DNA of 64,000 nucleotides from contig CP110440.1 of assembly GCA_026914245.1 (NCBI GenBank), positions 558,001 through 622,000 of the forward strand, written 5' to 3'. This document shows positions 51,986-64,000 of the stretch, piece after piece. The DNA comes from Puccinia triticina (Eukaryota). A model generated the notes under the pieces. It saw only the letters and a list, made by a program, of their open reading frames with translations, was not told the DNA's origin and did no database searches. Numbering within the stretch: position 1 is the first letter of the stretch; every line of letters begins with the position of its first letter. The position numbers and the translations under genes are program-made.

Positions 51986-53300
51986 GGCCCTGTTTGGCAC
52001 CAATATAATTATAGGTGATATAATCGCTGATTAATTCAATAAAAAATAGAAAATTCAACAAAAAGCTTCCAAATTTTTTTTGCAGGCAACCTACAGTGCT
52101 GGTCTCTTCAACTTTGAAATCAGATTCAACTGATTCAGCCATCTTCAGCACCATAATCCCATTATATCACTTTTGACCAATATTAGAGATGGCCCCGGCG
52201 AACCCGTTGCGGGTACCTGCTATCCGCTGGCGGGTACCCGCCAGCGGGTGCGGGTGCGGGTGCGGATGTCTGAGATTCCGGGAAAAAGTGGGCGGGTACC
52301 CGGATAATTCAACCCACACCCGCCCGCACCCGCCCACCGCTTCAACCGGAAGGCCTGATTCCTTCCGGTTGCCAAGGTTTTACAGCCTTGGCAGCCAGAA
52401 AAACCCACCTGGTCGCCGAGGACACATAACCTCATCGACCAGGAGGGATTCCTTCCGGTCACCGGGGCTTTATCTCGGCGATCAGGAGGAAAAAATCCTC
52501 CCGGTCGCAGAGGTTACAAAACCTCGGCAACCAGGAGGATACTATCTTGGTCACGAAGTTTGTAAAACCTCGGCGACCAAGAGGAAATAGTCCTGTCCGC
52601 AGAGGTTAAATAACCTCAGCGCGCGACCAGCAGGTAACCTCCTGGTCGCAGAGGTTACCTCGCCGACCAGAAGACAACCTGTTGGTCGCCGAGGTTACCT
52701 CGGCGACCAGAAGCTAACCTCCTGGTCGCTGAAGCTACCTCGGCGACCAGAAGACAACCTCCTGGTCGCTGAAGTTACCTCGGCGACCAGAAGGAAACCT
52801 CCTGGTCGTCAAAGTTACCTCGGTGAACAGAAGGAAACCTCCTGGTCGCAGAGGTCTTATTGCAACCAGAACGGCTTCCTTTTGGTCGCCGAGGTCATCC
52901 CTCTTCGACCGAAAGGGGCCCCTTCCGGTCGCCGAGATGAGTTTCAAGGAGCGGGTATCCGCGGGTATCCGCGCGGGTACCCGCCCAGGCCGGCGGGTAC
53001 CCGCCAACAAGTGCGGATGCGGGTACGGATGTCAGGATCCAGTCAAAACAGGCCGCGGGTACCCGCACCCGTGCGGGTACCCGGGTGTGACGGAGCCATC
53101 TCTAACCAATATGAAGTGATATAATGGTATTATGGTGCTGAAGATGGCTGGATAAGTTGATTCTGGGTTCACAGTTGAAGAGACCAGCACTGTAGGTTGC
53201 CTACAAAAAAAATTTGGAGGCTTTATGTTGAATTTTGAATTTTTTATTGAATTAATCAGCAATTATATCACCTATAATGATATCAGTGCCAAACAGGGCC
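51986..53300. mobile_element. Harbinger-like MITE with a nested hAT element
   Basis: GGCCCTGTTTGGCAC...GTGCCAAACAGGGCC; TTA TSD (51983-51985, 53301-53303). Confidence 0.88.
52184..53104. mobile_element. Non-autonomous hAT element
   Basis: TAGAGATGGC...GCCATCTCTA; 8-bp TSD ACCAATAT (52176-52183, 53105-53112); subterminal CGGGTACCCG motifs; internal about 36-bp tandem repeats. Confidence 0.92.
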
Positions 53301-54196
53301 TTAGATTGATCATGTGTTTCATCATTTCACAAGGTTGTTACTTAGATTCATAGTGTGCAATGCCAAACGGCCAAGTTACACTTAAAAAAAAAAAAAAAAA
53401 AGCAAACTACACATGTGCTTGCGACCCGCTTGCGGGAGGGACTTGTGCCTAATGTCCAACATTTGGCTTGAGGCTGCCCAGCCAAATGTTGAAAAATTAC
53501 TTCTAACCCACATATCACCACATACCCCTCTGAATTTTCACAGCCTCTGGTACTATTAGAATCAGATTTTTTTTGGTATTCAAAATCTTTGGTGTTCAAA
53601 GTTGGTTTGCATAATTTTATGCATGCATCCAAGTTTATTAAAGACACACAAAACTGAGATCCTCAAAAAAAAAATTCAAGGGTTCCCCCTATAAGTAGTC
53701 AAATGACAAAAAAACACAATGGTTTCTCCTATACAAATAGCTAAACAAGAAAAAAAATACAACGGTTTCCCCTTTACAAAAAGCCAAACAAAACCACACA
53801 AAATACGCGAAACCGCAGCTTTAGAAAACTAAACCTAGCCCTCCAACATCAGCAAAAGTGCTGTGTCCACAGGCTCACCCCCCAGCCCGCGTCAAGCGCA
53901 CAGGTCAAAAGGGATGGACGTGAAGGCCCCCGGCCCGCAGCAAAGGCTGTGACCAGTGGGGGGCCCACTCTTTGCCTCTCAGACTGCGCAAGTGCGACAG
54001 CGGAGAGGTTGGGGGTTACCGGTAGCTGGAATTACAGCATCCCAGGTCGCCCCAGCGGGAGGACCAACATAACTCGCCTCGTTTTATGCTTCCAGCCATA
54101 CTGTCAAACCCCATCCCAACGCATTCCTCCTTTCCCAAGCCCTATCACCAGTATCCGACAAAGCGGCCCTCCTCGGCGTCAACACCGCCCCCGTAG

Positions 54197-55108
54197 GTAA
54201 TACTCAGACAACCTGTAGCTAATACCACGTTATTCCAGTCCCATCCTCCCCCACTCAATTCAGGTATGTCAAAACCATATTTCAACGCAATGCATGATTG
54301 CACAGACACAGTACTGACCAGCTCGACCCAGGCCGCTACCATGATGTTCTGTTCCGCGCAGTTCGAGAAAGACCGCAGCTGTTTAATTGCACGCTAAACC
54401 ATACATTTTCTATCACCACGCAGACCGGACTTGCTTATCGGGCCCTACCAGGGGACTGTTACAATCGTGCCCTTGAATCAATGGAAAATTCCCTTGGCAA
54501 AACAGACCGCCTAAACTTTTGAGGCGATATTTTTGTTGAGGGTGATGTCAGTCGAAATAATCTGACCTGTTTGATAGCTTGCTGATACTCTCTCTCAGAT
54601 TTCTTTGGATATAGACAGGTTAGGTGTTGCAGAGAATAATCCTCTTTGGGCTTCTCTGAGGTCAAGCGGGGCTGGGGCTATGCCATTTTTTCCCGTGAAC
54701 TTAAGCGCAAGGGTTTTCAGCGGGAAAAATATAGCGTTTCGCCGTAGTTACTCGATGAAGGGCTCAATTTCTGGGTTCAGTCGCGATGGGGCCCTTGAAC
54801 TTGACTTCACATCGGCAACTCCTATTCATTCACCCGAGACAAGAACTAACTCGGATTTTCAACACCTGCTTGTCAACGCCGTCGGCACAATCGTGAGCTC
54901 TTGATGACTTGCGGGAAGCATCCAGGCCTGGGGCCCAATTATTATATTGTAGTAGTTCACAAGGTATGCGCTACAAGGTTTGAACCTGACAAAATGAGGC
55001 TGACACACATGTATAGTTCGACTTTAGGCAGGTTACTGTAAATTACTTCATTTCTCCCACACTGGCGACGACAATAGGGTTGAATTCGAGTCTATTGGGG
55101 TGCCGGGT
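54197..55108 (+). pseudogene. Spliced hypothetical gene fragment, possibly OB-fold-like
   Basis: Introns about 54264-54331, 54547-54598 and 54964-55016 with branch-point motifs; first two join ORF pieces in frame; stops at 54520 and 54902. Confidence 0.4.
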
Positions 55109-56096
55109 AAACAGAGGTTTCTTGCCGGCCACCAATTCTGCATCCAGTACGGCACCAACATACTGACCTTCTGACAGTGCAGTACTGACGGGGGCAGACT
55201 CAAGCCTATTAAGCGCGCGTGGTGAAGTAACCCCACACCATCCCAAGGCGGGCCACTATACACCTTTGGCCATCAGGTTTGGTAGTAAACACATGGTCTA
55301 GGTCGCCTGCTTGTCCAGCATCGTGAGCTCTTGGTTTCGAGCATAGTAGGCCTCTGAGGCCGCTGTATTTCCAACATTTATCAAGCCTGTCGGGACACAA
55401 GCCGGCGCTGTACGTGACCCTGACAAATGATATTACGCTACTGTCATGCTCATTATCAAGTTTCATTGAGATGCAGCAACTTCTAGGCTCGTGTACTTTG
55501 GCCGTCACACTTAGGCTCTTGAAACTCATATTCTCGCACACTCGCGTTACATATCTGGTCAAGCCGTTTGGTAGACAAGCGACCTTGTGATTTTGTCTTT
55601 GCATCAGAGTCACCCCCGGGCAAACTTCGAACTTTTGAGCTACAACCTGGCAGGTTAGATTCTCAGTGTTGATAAGACAGTGGGTTAAACGTTGGACACT
55701 TTGCACCTCCGTTTTGCACAACATAGGGCTGTAAGCTCTTTGTGTAAGAGAGCAGCAACTGGCGCCCATCAATTCATTAAGAGCCACAGTGAAGTTAGCC
55801 CTAATTTCCCAGTGCGAGCTCACGCACGTCGCCGCCACGCGGCGATTAGTATCACATCTTCTGCTGGTCACATACTGTTTGTGACCATAATCTGGGACGA
55901 AAGCTAGCTGGCTAGAGTCAAGTTTGTTAGGGTTAAGAGGGCAGGAAGTGCAAGTTTTCACGTGCCTTGCAGGCTCATCTGCAGATCGGGCTTGGTAGGT
56001 GATAGATATCATAGGTCTACTGCACGCCACGCATATCTCGTCACATTCTCCCACTTCTTTAACATCACCTCTGGTTGGCAAATACTTCAGAGCCAT
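55108..56096 (-). pseudogene. TFIIS-type zinc ribbon fused to a capping-enzyme/ligase-type nucleotidyltransferase, truncated
   Basis: CVAC...YQARSADEP...CTSC; motif I TKPDGQR (55269-55280 for KPDG); after one frameshift near 55220, motif III VLDAELV (55130-55150); breaks off at KKPLF. Confidence 0.7.
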
Positions 56097-56358
56097 ACTT
56101 TTCACTTGTTGTGTTCGAGCAGCGCGCTGCGCAGGCACTAGATACGGTCGGCAATGACAACTCTGACCAGACGTCAGCAAGATGTAGTTCACAGCTGCGT
56201 AAAACAGAATGGCAACTACTTCATAACAGGTTCTGGAGGCACAGGCAAAAGCACAATCCTGAGGGGGATCATCGAAGAACTGAAAATTATATATCCAAAC
56301 AAAGCCGGCGAGCTCGTCGTAACAGCCTCAACCGGAGCCGCAGCGTGCTGTATATCTG

Positions 56359-57451
56359 TGTCAGCCTTAGAGACATGTTTACATGTCCAAAAGTCTTCCT
56401 TTTATCCCTTTAAATATTGATATAATAATAGTAATGAATTATTAATAATATTTGATGTTTTTATACTTTATTTTATTTTATTTTATTTTATTTTATTTTA
56501 TTTTATTTTATTTTATTTTATTTTATTTTATTTTATTTTATTTTATTTTATTCTATTTTATTACTTTATTATTCATTGTATTCTGAAGCGCAGGAGCGCT
56601 ATAGAATTGTTCCGCGCACCTGTGCTACGGATTACATAAGTGCTTTTATATATATATATTATATATACATATAAATTCAATGTAATTGAATTGTATTCAA
56701 TCTATATTCTATTGCGCAATGTAGAGCGCACTATTATTTGAAACTAATAGAAATTTCTGGAAAAATAGAGGAAGTTCCTCAATTTTTCACTTATACCCGC
56801 CCCTCCTGACCTGAGCGGACTTTCCCCCACTTCGAAATCAGACCAGAAAAATATTCACCAGTTACATCCAGCGCTTCCATCCGCAAAACTCGAAGGCCTT
56901 ACTCCCAAATACTCCCACTAAAGTGCACAGTACTTGCAAGTAAGTAACCTTCCTGGTAACTATGAATACCTTTCTCTTCTCTTTCTTAGTCCCCTTCGTG
57001 ATTTGACCATTCCTTTCCCTCTCCCTCTCTTCCTCCCTTCTCTTCATTATGCGCACTGCGCCTGAATAACTTGAAATTGAATATCCAATCAAACTTGATA
57101 AATTATTCTTTTCTCCGTGTTTGGTGGTACAACCTGAAAACCACATAGGTTTCCCAGTAAAAAGCCTTGACTAGTTTCCTTTAGTCTAAAAAACTAGGGC
57201 TGATTACAGGTTTACCTGAATCAGACCTTCTTCAGTTTCCTTTGAAGAAGAGGCTAGTGACTCTTTGCTAGCTTATTCACGCTCAACTTTAAGTTGAAAG
57301 CGCTCAAAGAAAAACTAAAAGCATAAATAAAAGTCTAAACCTTCATCTTATTCCTCTTCTACACGTTGTAATACCTTTATATTTGAAATTACAAAATATC
57401 GCCCCTTATTTCCTTTGTGTCCGCACGTCACATAAGAGACGCCGGCTCACA
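56359..57451. mobile_element. Solo LTR inserted in the Pif1 gene
   Basis: TGTCAGCC...GGCTCACA; 5-bp TSD ATCTG (56354-56358, 57452-57456); contains (TTTTA)n at about 56467-56560. Confidence 0.9.
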
Positions 57452-57610
57452 ATCTGGAACCACGCTTCACTCATTTGCTGGTATACAGCTGGGCACAGAC
57501 CCAATATTGGCGTGTGTACGCAAAGTAGGCTCCAGTACTGCTCTCAGAAAGAGATGGCAGCTGGTTCGTGTCTTAATAGTAGACAAGGTATCCATGATAG
57601 ATGTCGGGTA

Positions 57611-57736
57611 CATGAAGATAAGACTTGTAAAAAATTGTCTTACTCTGGTTCTCTGGCTTGTTGATAGGTGTGCAAATCCAAACCGGACGGTGTATTGTTA
57701 GAGTAAGACAATTTTTTACAAGTCTTATCTTCGTTG
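57611..57736. mobile_element. Small MITE inside the Pif1 relic
   Basis: About 35-bp inverted arms GAAGATAAGACTTGTAAAAA..TGTCTTACTCT; TA flanks. Confidence 0.7.
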
Positions 57737-58209
57737 TATCCAATTAATCGTTGATTGCTCATAGAAGGTAGTCTCCGGTCGCTTCTCCGGCGCATTTGAT
57801 TCCGAAGAATGACTTGTACGGACAGTATGGGTTGCTTTCAATTAGGTTTACCTGTTTATCACAGGTATAATTTTCTTGCCGGCTGACTGAAATCAGTGCG
57901 GAAGCAGACCCTTGACTTTAGCAATTGTTCAATTAATAGCCTTTTGATAGTGATGAGACTCATGCTTGTCACCTGAACAAATCTCCTTAACACAAACCAT
58001 GTTGAGATTGATGATACTATAGGCTGTCCAATGTCAGGCTCTATAAGACTGGGCACTTTAAGCTTTGTAAGGCGGCGGGGATTATTGTCTGGTATGTTTT
58101 GCTTGGACAAGGTTCAGGTGAAAATAGTGGGATTATGCATGGCGCAAACGTGTCATAGCTTCTGTGAGCCCTTGGGGGGAGTGAAGGTTCAGCCTGAGGC
58201 TTGTACCCA

Positions 58210-58364
58210 CAGCGGCGAAGCCGCCGTATCCTCTAGTAAATCATAAAATCATAAAAATATTTTGATGAGGAAATTTTGTATTACATAATCAGACAGTCAT
58301 ATCCCCTGCAAAAAATATTTTATGCTTTTATGATTTACTAGAGGCCAAGGCGGCTGCGCCGCTG
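58210..58364. mobile_element. MITE with CAGCGGCG..GCCGCC termini (hAT-like)
   Basis: CAGCGGCGAAGCCGCCGTATCCTCTAG...CTAGAGGCCAAGGCGGCTGCGCCGCTG; same terminal motif also near 26207-26233, 33068-33094 and 60871-60897; TSD not evident. Confidence 0.65.
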
Positions 58365-58974
58365 TACTTCCTGGGAGTCAATAATTTGAGCATTAGAAAT
58401 CTGCCTTGAAAAATTAAACACAACCCTCCATCTGACAAACTTAACTTAAATGATTTTCCTCATTGCCAATAGCTAGTGGTTTGAAAATTTGACCAAATTT
58501 TCTTCAGGATGTCCATCCATATGTTACCAGTGATAATATCAATAGTCCCACTTTCTTAAATCCACAGAATTCTAGACCTGCAGATCTAGGTTTTGGGGTG
58601 TTTTTTTTCTGACAAAATGGGGCAAAAATGCCCCATTCTTCTCACTAGGCACATTGAATATCCCCAAAGGCCCGAAGGCCCTATGGATGACCCTCCAGCT
58701 GTGCCGGAGCAACGAGCAAAAGAGGGCCGGTTGGTAAACTAGCCAGGGAGGGCCTAACCAAGCAGTTAGGGGGTTCCCAGGGAGGGGGCGGACGAAACCG
58801 AATCCCCTGCGGATCAATGAATCCCTAATCCCCTTCCTTATATATTTACCCACAGGCACCATCTAACCGCACCGCCTGCTTACCCAGACCACGGCCACGC
58901 CACCCTCCTCCTATCATAACTGCCCCGGTGGCGCCCCTATCCTCAATGCACCAGCGGTCGTTGCCACGGGGCAC

Positions 58975-60225
58975 AATGACTGGCCTGAGTCAGGCCAGTC
59001 ATTGCAGCACTACACATGCGAATGACCGGTCTGAGGGGCCTTGGTATCCATCCCTAAGACCGGTCATCGCAGCTCATTGAGTATGTACACAACCCTCTCG
59101 ATGCTGGCACACACTGGCCATCAAGAGGGTAAACAACCCACTCAATGACCGGCACACGCTGTGGTGGCCAGATGGGTACAGGGCCTCAAGATCATCAAAA
59201 TCCAGAATTCATCAAGATCAGACATCTCAACAGCAAGACTCTTCAGCCTCAAGATTCTTATCAAGCCCCTCATTCTCAATATATCCTTCAAGATCCCTTC
59301 CCCCTTCTGTCTCTTTATGCTCTTTTTCATGTTTCTTGGTCCTAACACATGAGTCATGTGGGTTTCTTTCATCTTGTTTGTTTTATTTCTTCTCTTCTGT
59401 TGGTTGTTGTTGTGTTTTGTTTTCTTTTCTCTCCTTGTGGTGTTGTTTTGTAGTTAGGGATGTGATGACATGTCACTCCCCAGAGTCCAAGTTTGAGTTC
59501 AAACTTGGAGGATGGGACGGCATGGGACTTGCTCTGATCCAAGAGAAATTCCATCACTCTTTTCTGATCCGCTGGCAGTATCCCCAGCACTATTCCTGAT
59601 CCTTTATCCCTGATCCCCTTATTATTATCATCTGATCTCCAACATACTAACCACCGCCAACGGTACTCCATCCCCGTCGTCTCAACAAAATCCTTCCCCC
59701 CAACGCTATCACCTTTTCTGATCCTCATCGCTCTTCATCCGGACCACCACGAGGGCAGCCTCAACAGCACCTTTCCCCTCAATGCTCTGCCTACCGCCTG
59801 GCACGGTAGGAGTTCCACAACGCCAGTCATTGAGTGGACTGAGACACGATGACTGGCACAATGTGTACCCAGCGATGACCGGCATCAGTCTTCCAGCCAT
59901 CCCTCAGGCCAGTCATTGCAGCACTACACATGCGAATGACCGGTCTGAGGGGCCTCGGTCTTCCATCCATCCCTAAGACCGGTCATCGCAGCGCTATACA
60001 TGCAGATGACCGGCCTTCCTCAGGCCGGTTATTGCAAGACTACACGTGTGGATGATCCGCCTCGGTTGTCCCTCAATCCCTCAGGCCGGTCATCCGCACG
60101 TGTAGTGCTGTGATGACCGGCCTGCGGAAGGCCGGTCATCCGCATGTATAGCACTGCAATGACCGGTCTTAGGGATGGATGGAAGACCGAGGCCCCTCAG
60201 ACCGGTCATTCGCATGTGTAGTCGC
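58975..60225. repeat. GATGACCGG-type repeats in direct and inverted arrangement
   Basis: 58990-59070 recurs at 59905-59990; 59925-60030 mirrors 60110-60222. Confidence 0.65.
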
Positions 60226-63200
60226 ACCCTGAGCTGGCTGAGCTGTGCACAGATGAGCACTGAGTTCATAATTTGTTTCCAAATTCTGTGGTATTGATAC
60301 ATCTGATCATAAATACATGAATTTCTTCTTGGCTTTTTATAATTTTGCACTGTTTATTGTGTAGAAAGATCTACTATTTTAAGCTTGGATAACTTCCAAA
60401 TATTATACCATTAGAAATTAAGCAGCATTTTTATTGACAAAATTCCAATAACGATTATGGAATAAAATTCTGGGTGAGGTAAGTTTTTAAAATCTAAATA
60501 CCATATGAGGAGTGTTTTGATGTGGCTGCTATTCCATGAGATGTGATTAAGACGGCTTGGATAGCAAAGGGGGTCAAACACTCCAAATTGGGGAGGTGAA
60601 ATGCTTGCTTGTTTCCTCTGTTGCTGTAAGGCCAAGTTTGAAAATCTCAAGAACCATGATTTAAATGAATGCATTCAAGTCTCCTGAATTGTGACACACC
60701 CAGTCCCTGCTTGCCCTGCTTCAGGAAGAATTTCTGTTGATTTCTGCTGAGATAGGCCAGTGGGGTGGGGGGGGGGAGGAATATCAGTGGATGGAGACCC
60801 AAATATTGAAGGGCTAATGAGGTGACTTGGGGAGCTTTTTGGCAGGAAAGGAGGATGGATTGGTGCCCTGCAGTGGCGGAGCCGCCTTGGCCTCTAGTAT
60901 CAAATAAACTGGGAAGGGGCATAAATTTTCAAATCAAATCCAGTGGAATGGTTACCTAATCAAGGAGGGATCAACTAAAAAAACAGGAACAAATGTCCAA
61001 AGCATACCAAGACTTGATCCAAAAGTTAAAACATTATCCTATCTCAAATGAGTACTTAATCATGGCTACAATGGCTTGTGATGAAAACATTTCATGGCAA
61101 GCACTGAAACAGATAGAATAAAAATCATTTTTATTAAAATTCCTGCCACCTTGTGCCAGTCCCACACATCAATTCCCCACCCTGTTGAAACTTGAATCTT
61201 GTACCAATCCAGCACAGTAAGATGCAATAACCACACACTGAATTTCATTGTCCCCTGCACCATATTTGGAAGGTGTTGATTTTCTTGAAAGTTGGACTGT
61301 CGTATTTTATGAGATCTAAATTCAGTTCAGTTGAACATCAGCTGTACTGTTTGATATCAATTTGTGGAATGTGAGTTGTTTTGATAACACTTCATGTAAT
61401 CAGCTACATGATAAGAATTGATGGGCAGTAACTGAAGTTTGGATAGAGATTATGCCACTTCATTTTCTAAATCTTGCCAATGTTGATGATATTGCCAGAA
61501 AGGTGTTTGTAGATATATTAAGAGGGGGAAGGGGTGAGGGAGAGAGAGAAGGGACAAGAAATTGGGACGGTAAAAGTTGCATTGAGACATACAAATGAGA
61601 CAGATTAGACAGCTCACGTGAGTATTTCTTAAGCTTGCTGATTTTAAACATCAGCAAAACTTGCCAGCCAATTTGGCTGGGACTTTTGGATAAACCTTTT
61701 TCAGGTAGAAAGGAGAGTGTATAGATAAATCACTTTTTTGATGTGTATATTTTTTCCAGCCCAGAGAAAGATGACCCTCATCACCATGGCTTTGTCCAGA
61801 GAAAAAATAAAAATTATTTTATCTTCCACAATCAAGTCAAGGGAAAAATTCCATCAGGTTATAAATTGTCAGATGTATAACACAAAACCCCTACACTGAA
61901 AATTAGATTATTTATCACATACAACACAGCGTCTAAATGGGGCCTAAGCTAAGAGATCTTAGACTACACTAACACTGCATGTCACAAATGTTCAAAAAAT
62001 TAGTTAGGCACCATCTGGCAGAAATGTACTGTACTGTGGATTATTGTGAAATCTTATGAAAATTGACAAATTTATTGTATAATGATCACTATATAGATAA
62101 GCAAAAATTGACATTGAATGTGCAAGACCCAGTTATGCAGAAACCAAAAACCAGCTTTCAGGAAAATGAGGTGGATAGTACAGATGATGACAGTTGGGAC
62201 AACTGAGCCTAATGTAATGGTAACAGCCCAATCATCAACTTATACATCTTACTGAGTGGTTCCTTCACAACAAGATTATCAGGACTACGGCCAAGAGAGT
62301 GGTCTCAATGGTTGCAGGATTCACAGAGATGGGTGGGCACACGTCCAAGCAATGCTCAGGCAGTGATGCCATTGGGAGGCCCAGTTGGCCCTTAGCACTG
62401 GACTACCCCACAGTTTACCTGTTGTTGCAAGCCCCAAAGGCAAATAACGAATCTTTTTCATTGGTAGGGGCTGACAGCTCTGTTTATGAAACTTAGGGCA
62501 GAAAACCCTTCAAAATAAGGGTTTTGGGCCCCATTACTATAACTGTACTGATTTAAACACTGGTAATTTTAAATTACCAAACTTGTTACGTGGCAAATAT
62601 GGCCACTACAAGGGTTTCACACTCTGTAACAGAGGAGGGATTAATTATGTAATTAATAATATGTAATTATTAATTACAGGGAATTAATTTAGCGTAAAAA
62701 GTAGGTGGTAAGCACTTAAAATTATTGGCTGCTTGACAGAGGCGGTGGTCTTACGGCAACTACTTATAAGGATAAAGCTTTAAATATTCTAATAAGGAAT
62801 TTTTGATGATTTAAAGGGTTTAATCCAGTGGATTTTACGTGCTGGGGATGGTTTATAAGGAAAAGTGGCTACAATAGTAGCAGAGGAGAATATTCACGGC
62901 AAACTTACAGTTTATGGGCGGTGAATGGTCTGGGGGATCTTTTCCTGAGGGCCAAATAGGCCTCTATTTATAGAGGGGACCTCAGTGGGCGTAAACACTG
63001 AGTCCTTTTCTACCTATGGGAGTATCCAGGGGTGTAGCCGTGAAAAGGGCTTGGCTGTGGGCAATTTATTTTTATTGTAATAGACTAATTTCCCTGACTC
63101 TGTCACATGACATATTTTTAACCAATTGTCATGTGAAAGAGCTTCAGTAGAAGTCTACATAATACTTTCACGGGGTATTTTTACACGAGTAATATTACTC

Positions 63201-64000
63201 ATTACTGTACAAAAGTTTATTTTCATGTACTTTATTTGTTTTCCAAAATTTTTGTATGTAATACTATGTTTTGGGCGCTTTCTGGGGCCAATTCTTATTT
63301 ATACAATTAGTACATGAAGGAATAGGAATAAGGGGTTACTTTGAGTGGGTGACCCCCCTTAATTTATGATGAGGAATCTGATTCTGCAATAATAATATAA
63401 TTATTATTATTATTATTTACTAAGTTATTTCAGTCTTTTGGATACTTGATGTATCTCTAAGGCTGACAGGGGCAGCAAGTAAAACCATGAGAGCTTTCCC
63501 CATCCCTCTTTGCAGTTTATGATTTTATGTAAAAAAATCTTATGCAATTTTGAATACCATAATCATGCCAAGCTAGAGGACTGTGTTTGCCTTTTGACAC
63601 TCCAGGGTCACCCCAAACTCACCCTCGGGTCCTCCTTGACACTATAAATGCTAGGACTGATCGCGGCGGACGCCAAGGGTATCAACCGGCTCCCTGTCAC
63701 CTGAATGATGATTTCATTAGTATGTGCAAAATCATATACCTAACTCAGAAACTCCTGAAGAACTACATATCTGTCACAACAATTTTAAGTTGTTTAGGTT
63801 TTTTTTTTTATAAAAAAATTAAGCTGCATAGATTGATCAGCAAAACCCAATCATATAGTACTTGCCAAAATTTCAATTAAATCTAACTCCAAGAGGTTGT
63901 CACAAGTAAATTTGCTGGGAGATGCAGTGTGTAGTTTCATTTTGTCTTTGTGGTGAAAACTTCCAATTTTCTTGCAAGGATGGATGTGATAGTCATGCAA

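Larger units (their letters stand above)
56154..57950 (+). pseudogene. Stand-alone Pif1-family SF1B helicase, disrupted
   Basis: FITGSGGTGKS; VTASTGAAA; after removing the LTR, in-frame ISGTTLHSFAGI and VLIVDKVSMID; decayed GIQLIV, AFDSEE*, LTEI further downstream. Confidence 0.85.

Noticed and set aside
55921..56096. Host TFIIS, RPA12 or RPC11 gene
   Set aside because: The ribbon is N-terminal and followed by a long unrelated extension; other TFIIS domains and the first Rpa12/Rpc11 ribbon are absent
56154..57950. Helitron interpretation of the Pif1 helicase
   Set aside because: No upstream HUH/Rep domain; the ORF starts at the helicase core; motifs (TASTGAAA, TLHSFAG, D[E]VSM) look like cellular or viral Pif1. 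Not fully excluded without a phylogeny
62600..63400. Possible decayed retroelement coding sequence (also 26560-27200)
   Set aside because: Too degenerate to support with any motif

Overview
Repeat-rich eukaryotic DNA with spliced genes. Gene content and repeat style suggest a basidiomycete rust fungus (Puccinia-like); this is inference. Host genes: six-exon ATP4 (9743-11016, +), VPS33 (12000-14588, -), an intronless 574-aa secreted protein with NLS-like motifs (44852-46576, +) and a three-exon probably mitochondrial protein (48008-48853, -). Most of the rest is nested non-autonomous DNA transposons (CACTA-like, Harbinger-like, hAT, Tc1/mariner and P-like, many with readable TIRs and TSDs), LTR remnants, a truncated LINE and decayed transposases. 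The most unusual region is about 54200-58200. There a gene fusing a TFIIS-type zinc ribbon (QARSADEP) to a KxDG nucleotidyltransferase (mRNA-capping/ligase fold) lies head-to-head, 57 bp from a stand-alone Pif1 helicase that is split by a solo LTR. This looks like the relic of a large virus-like or plasmid-like DNA element. An intact, intronless 543-aa two-TM orphan (15517-17148) may come from a similar element. A spliced chimera joins a copia Gag-like domain to half a GATA zinc finger (34251-36129). All family calls come from reading motifs by eye; no searches were run.
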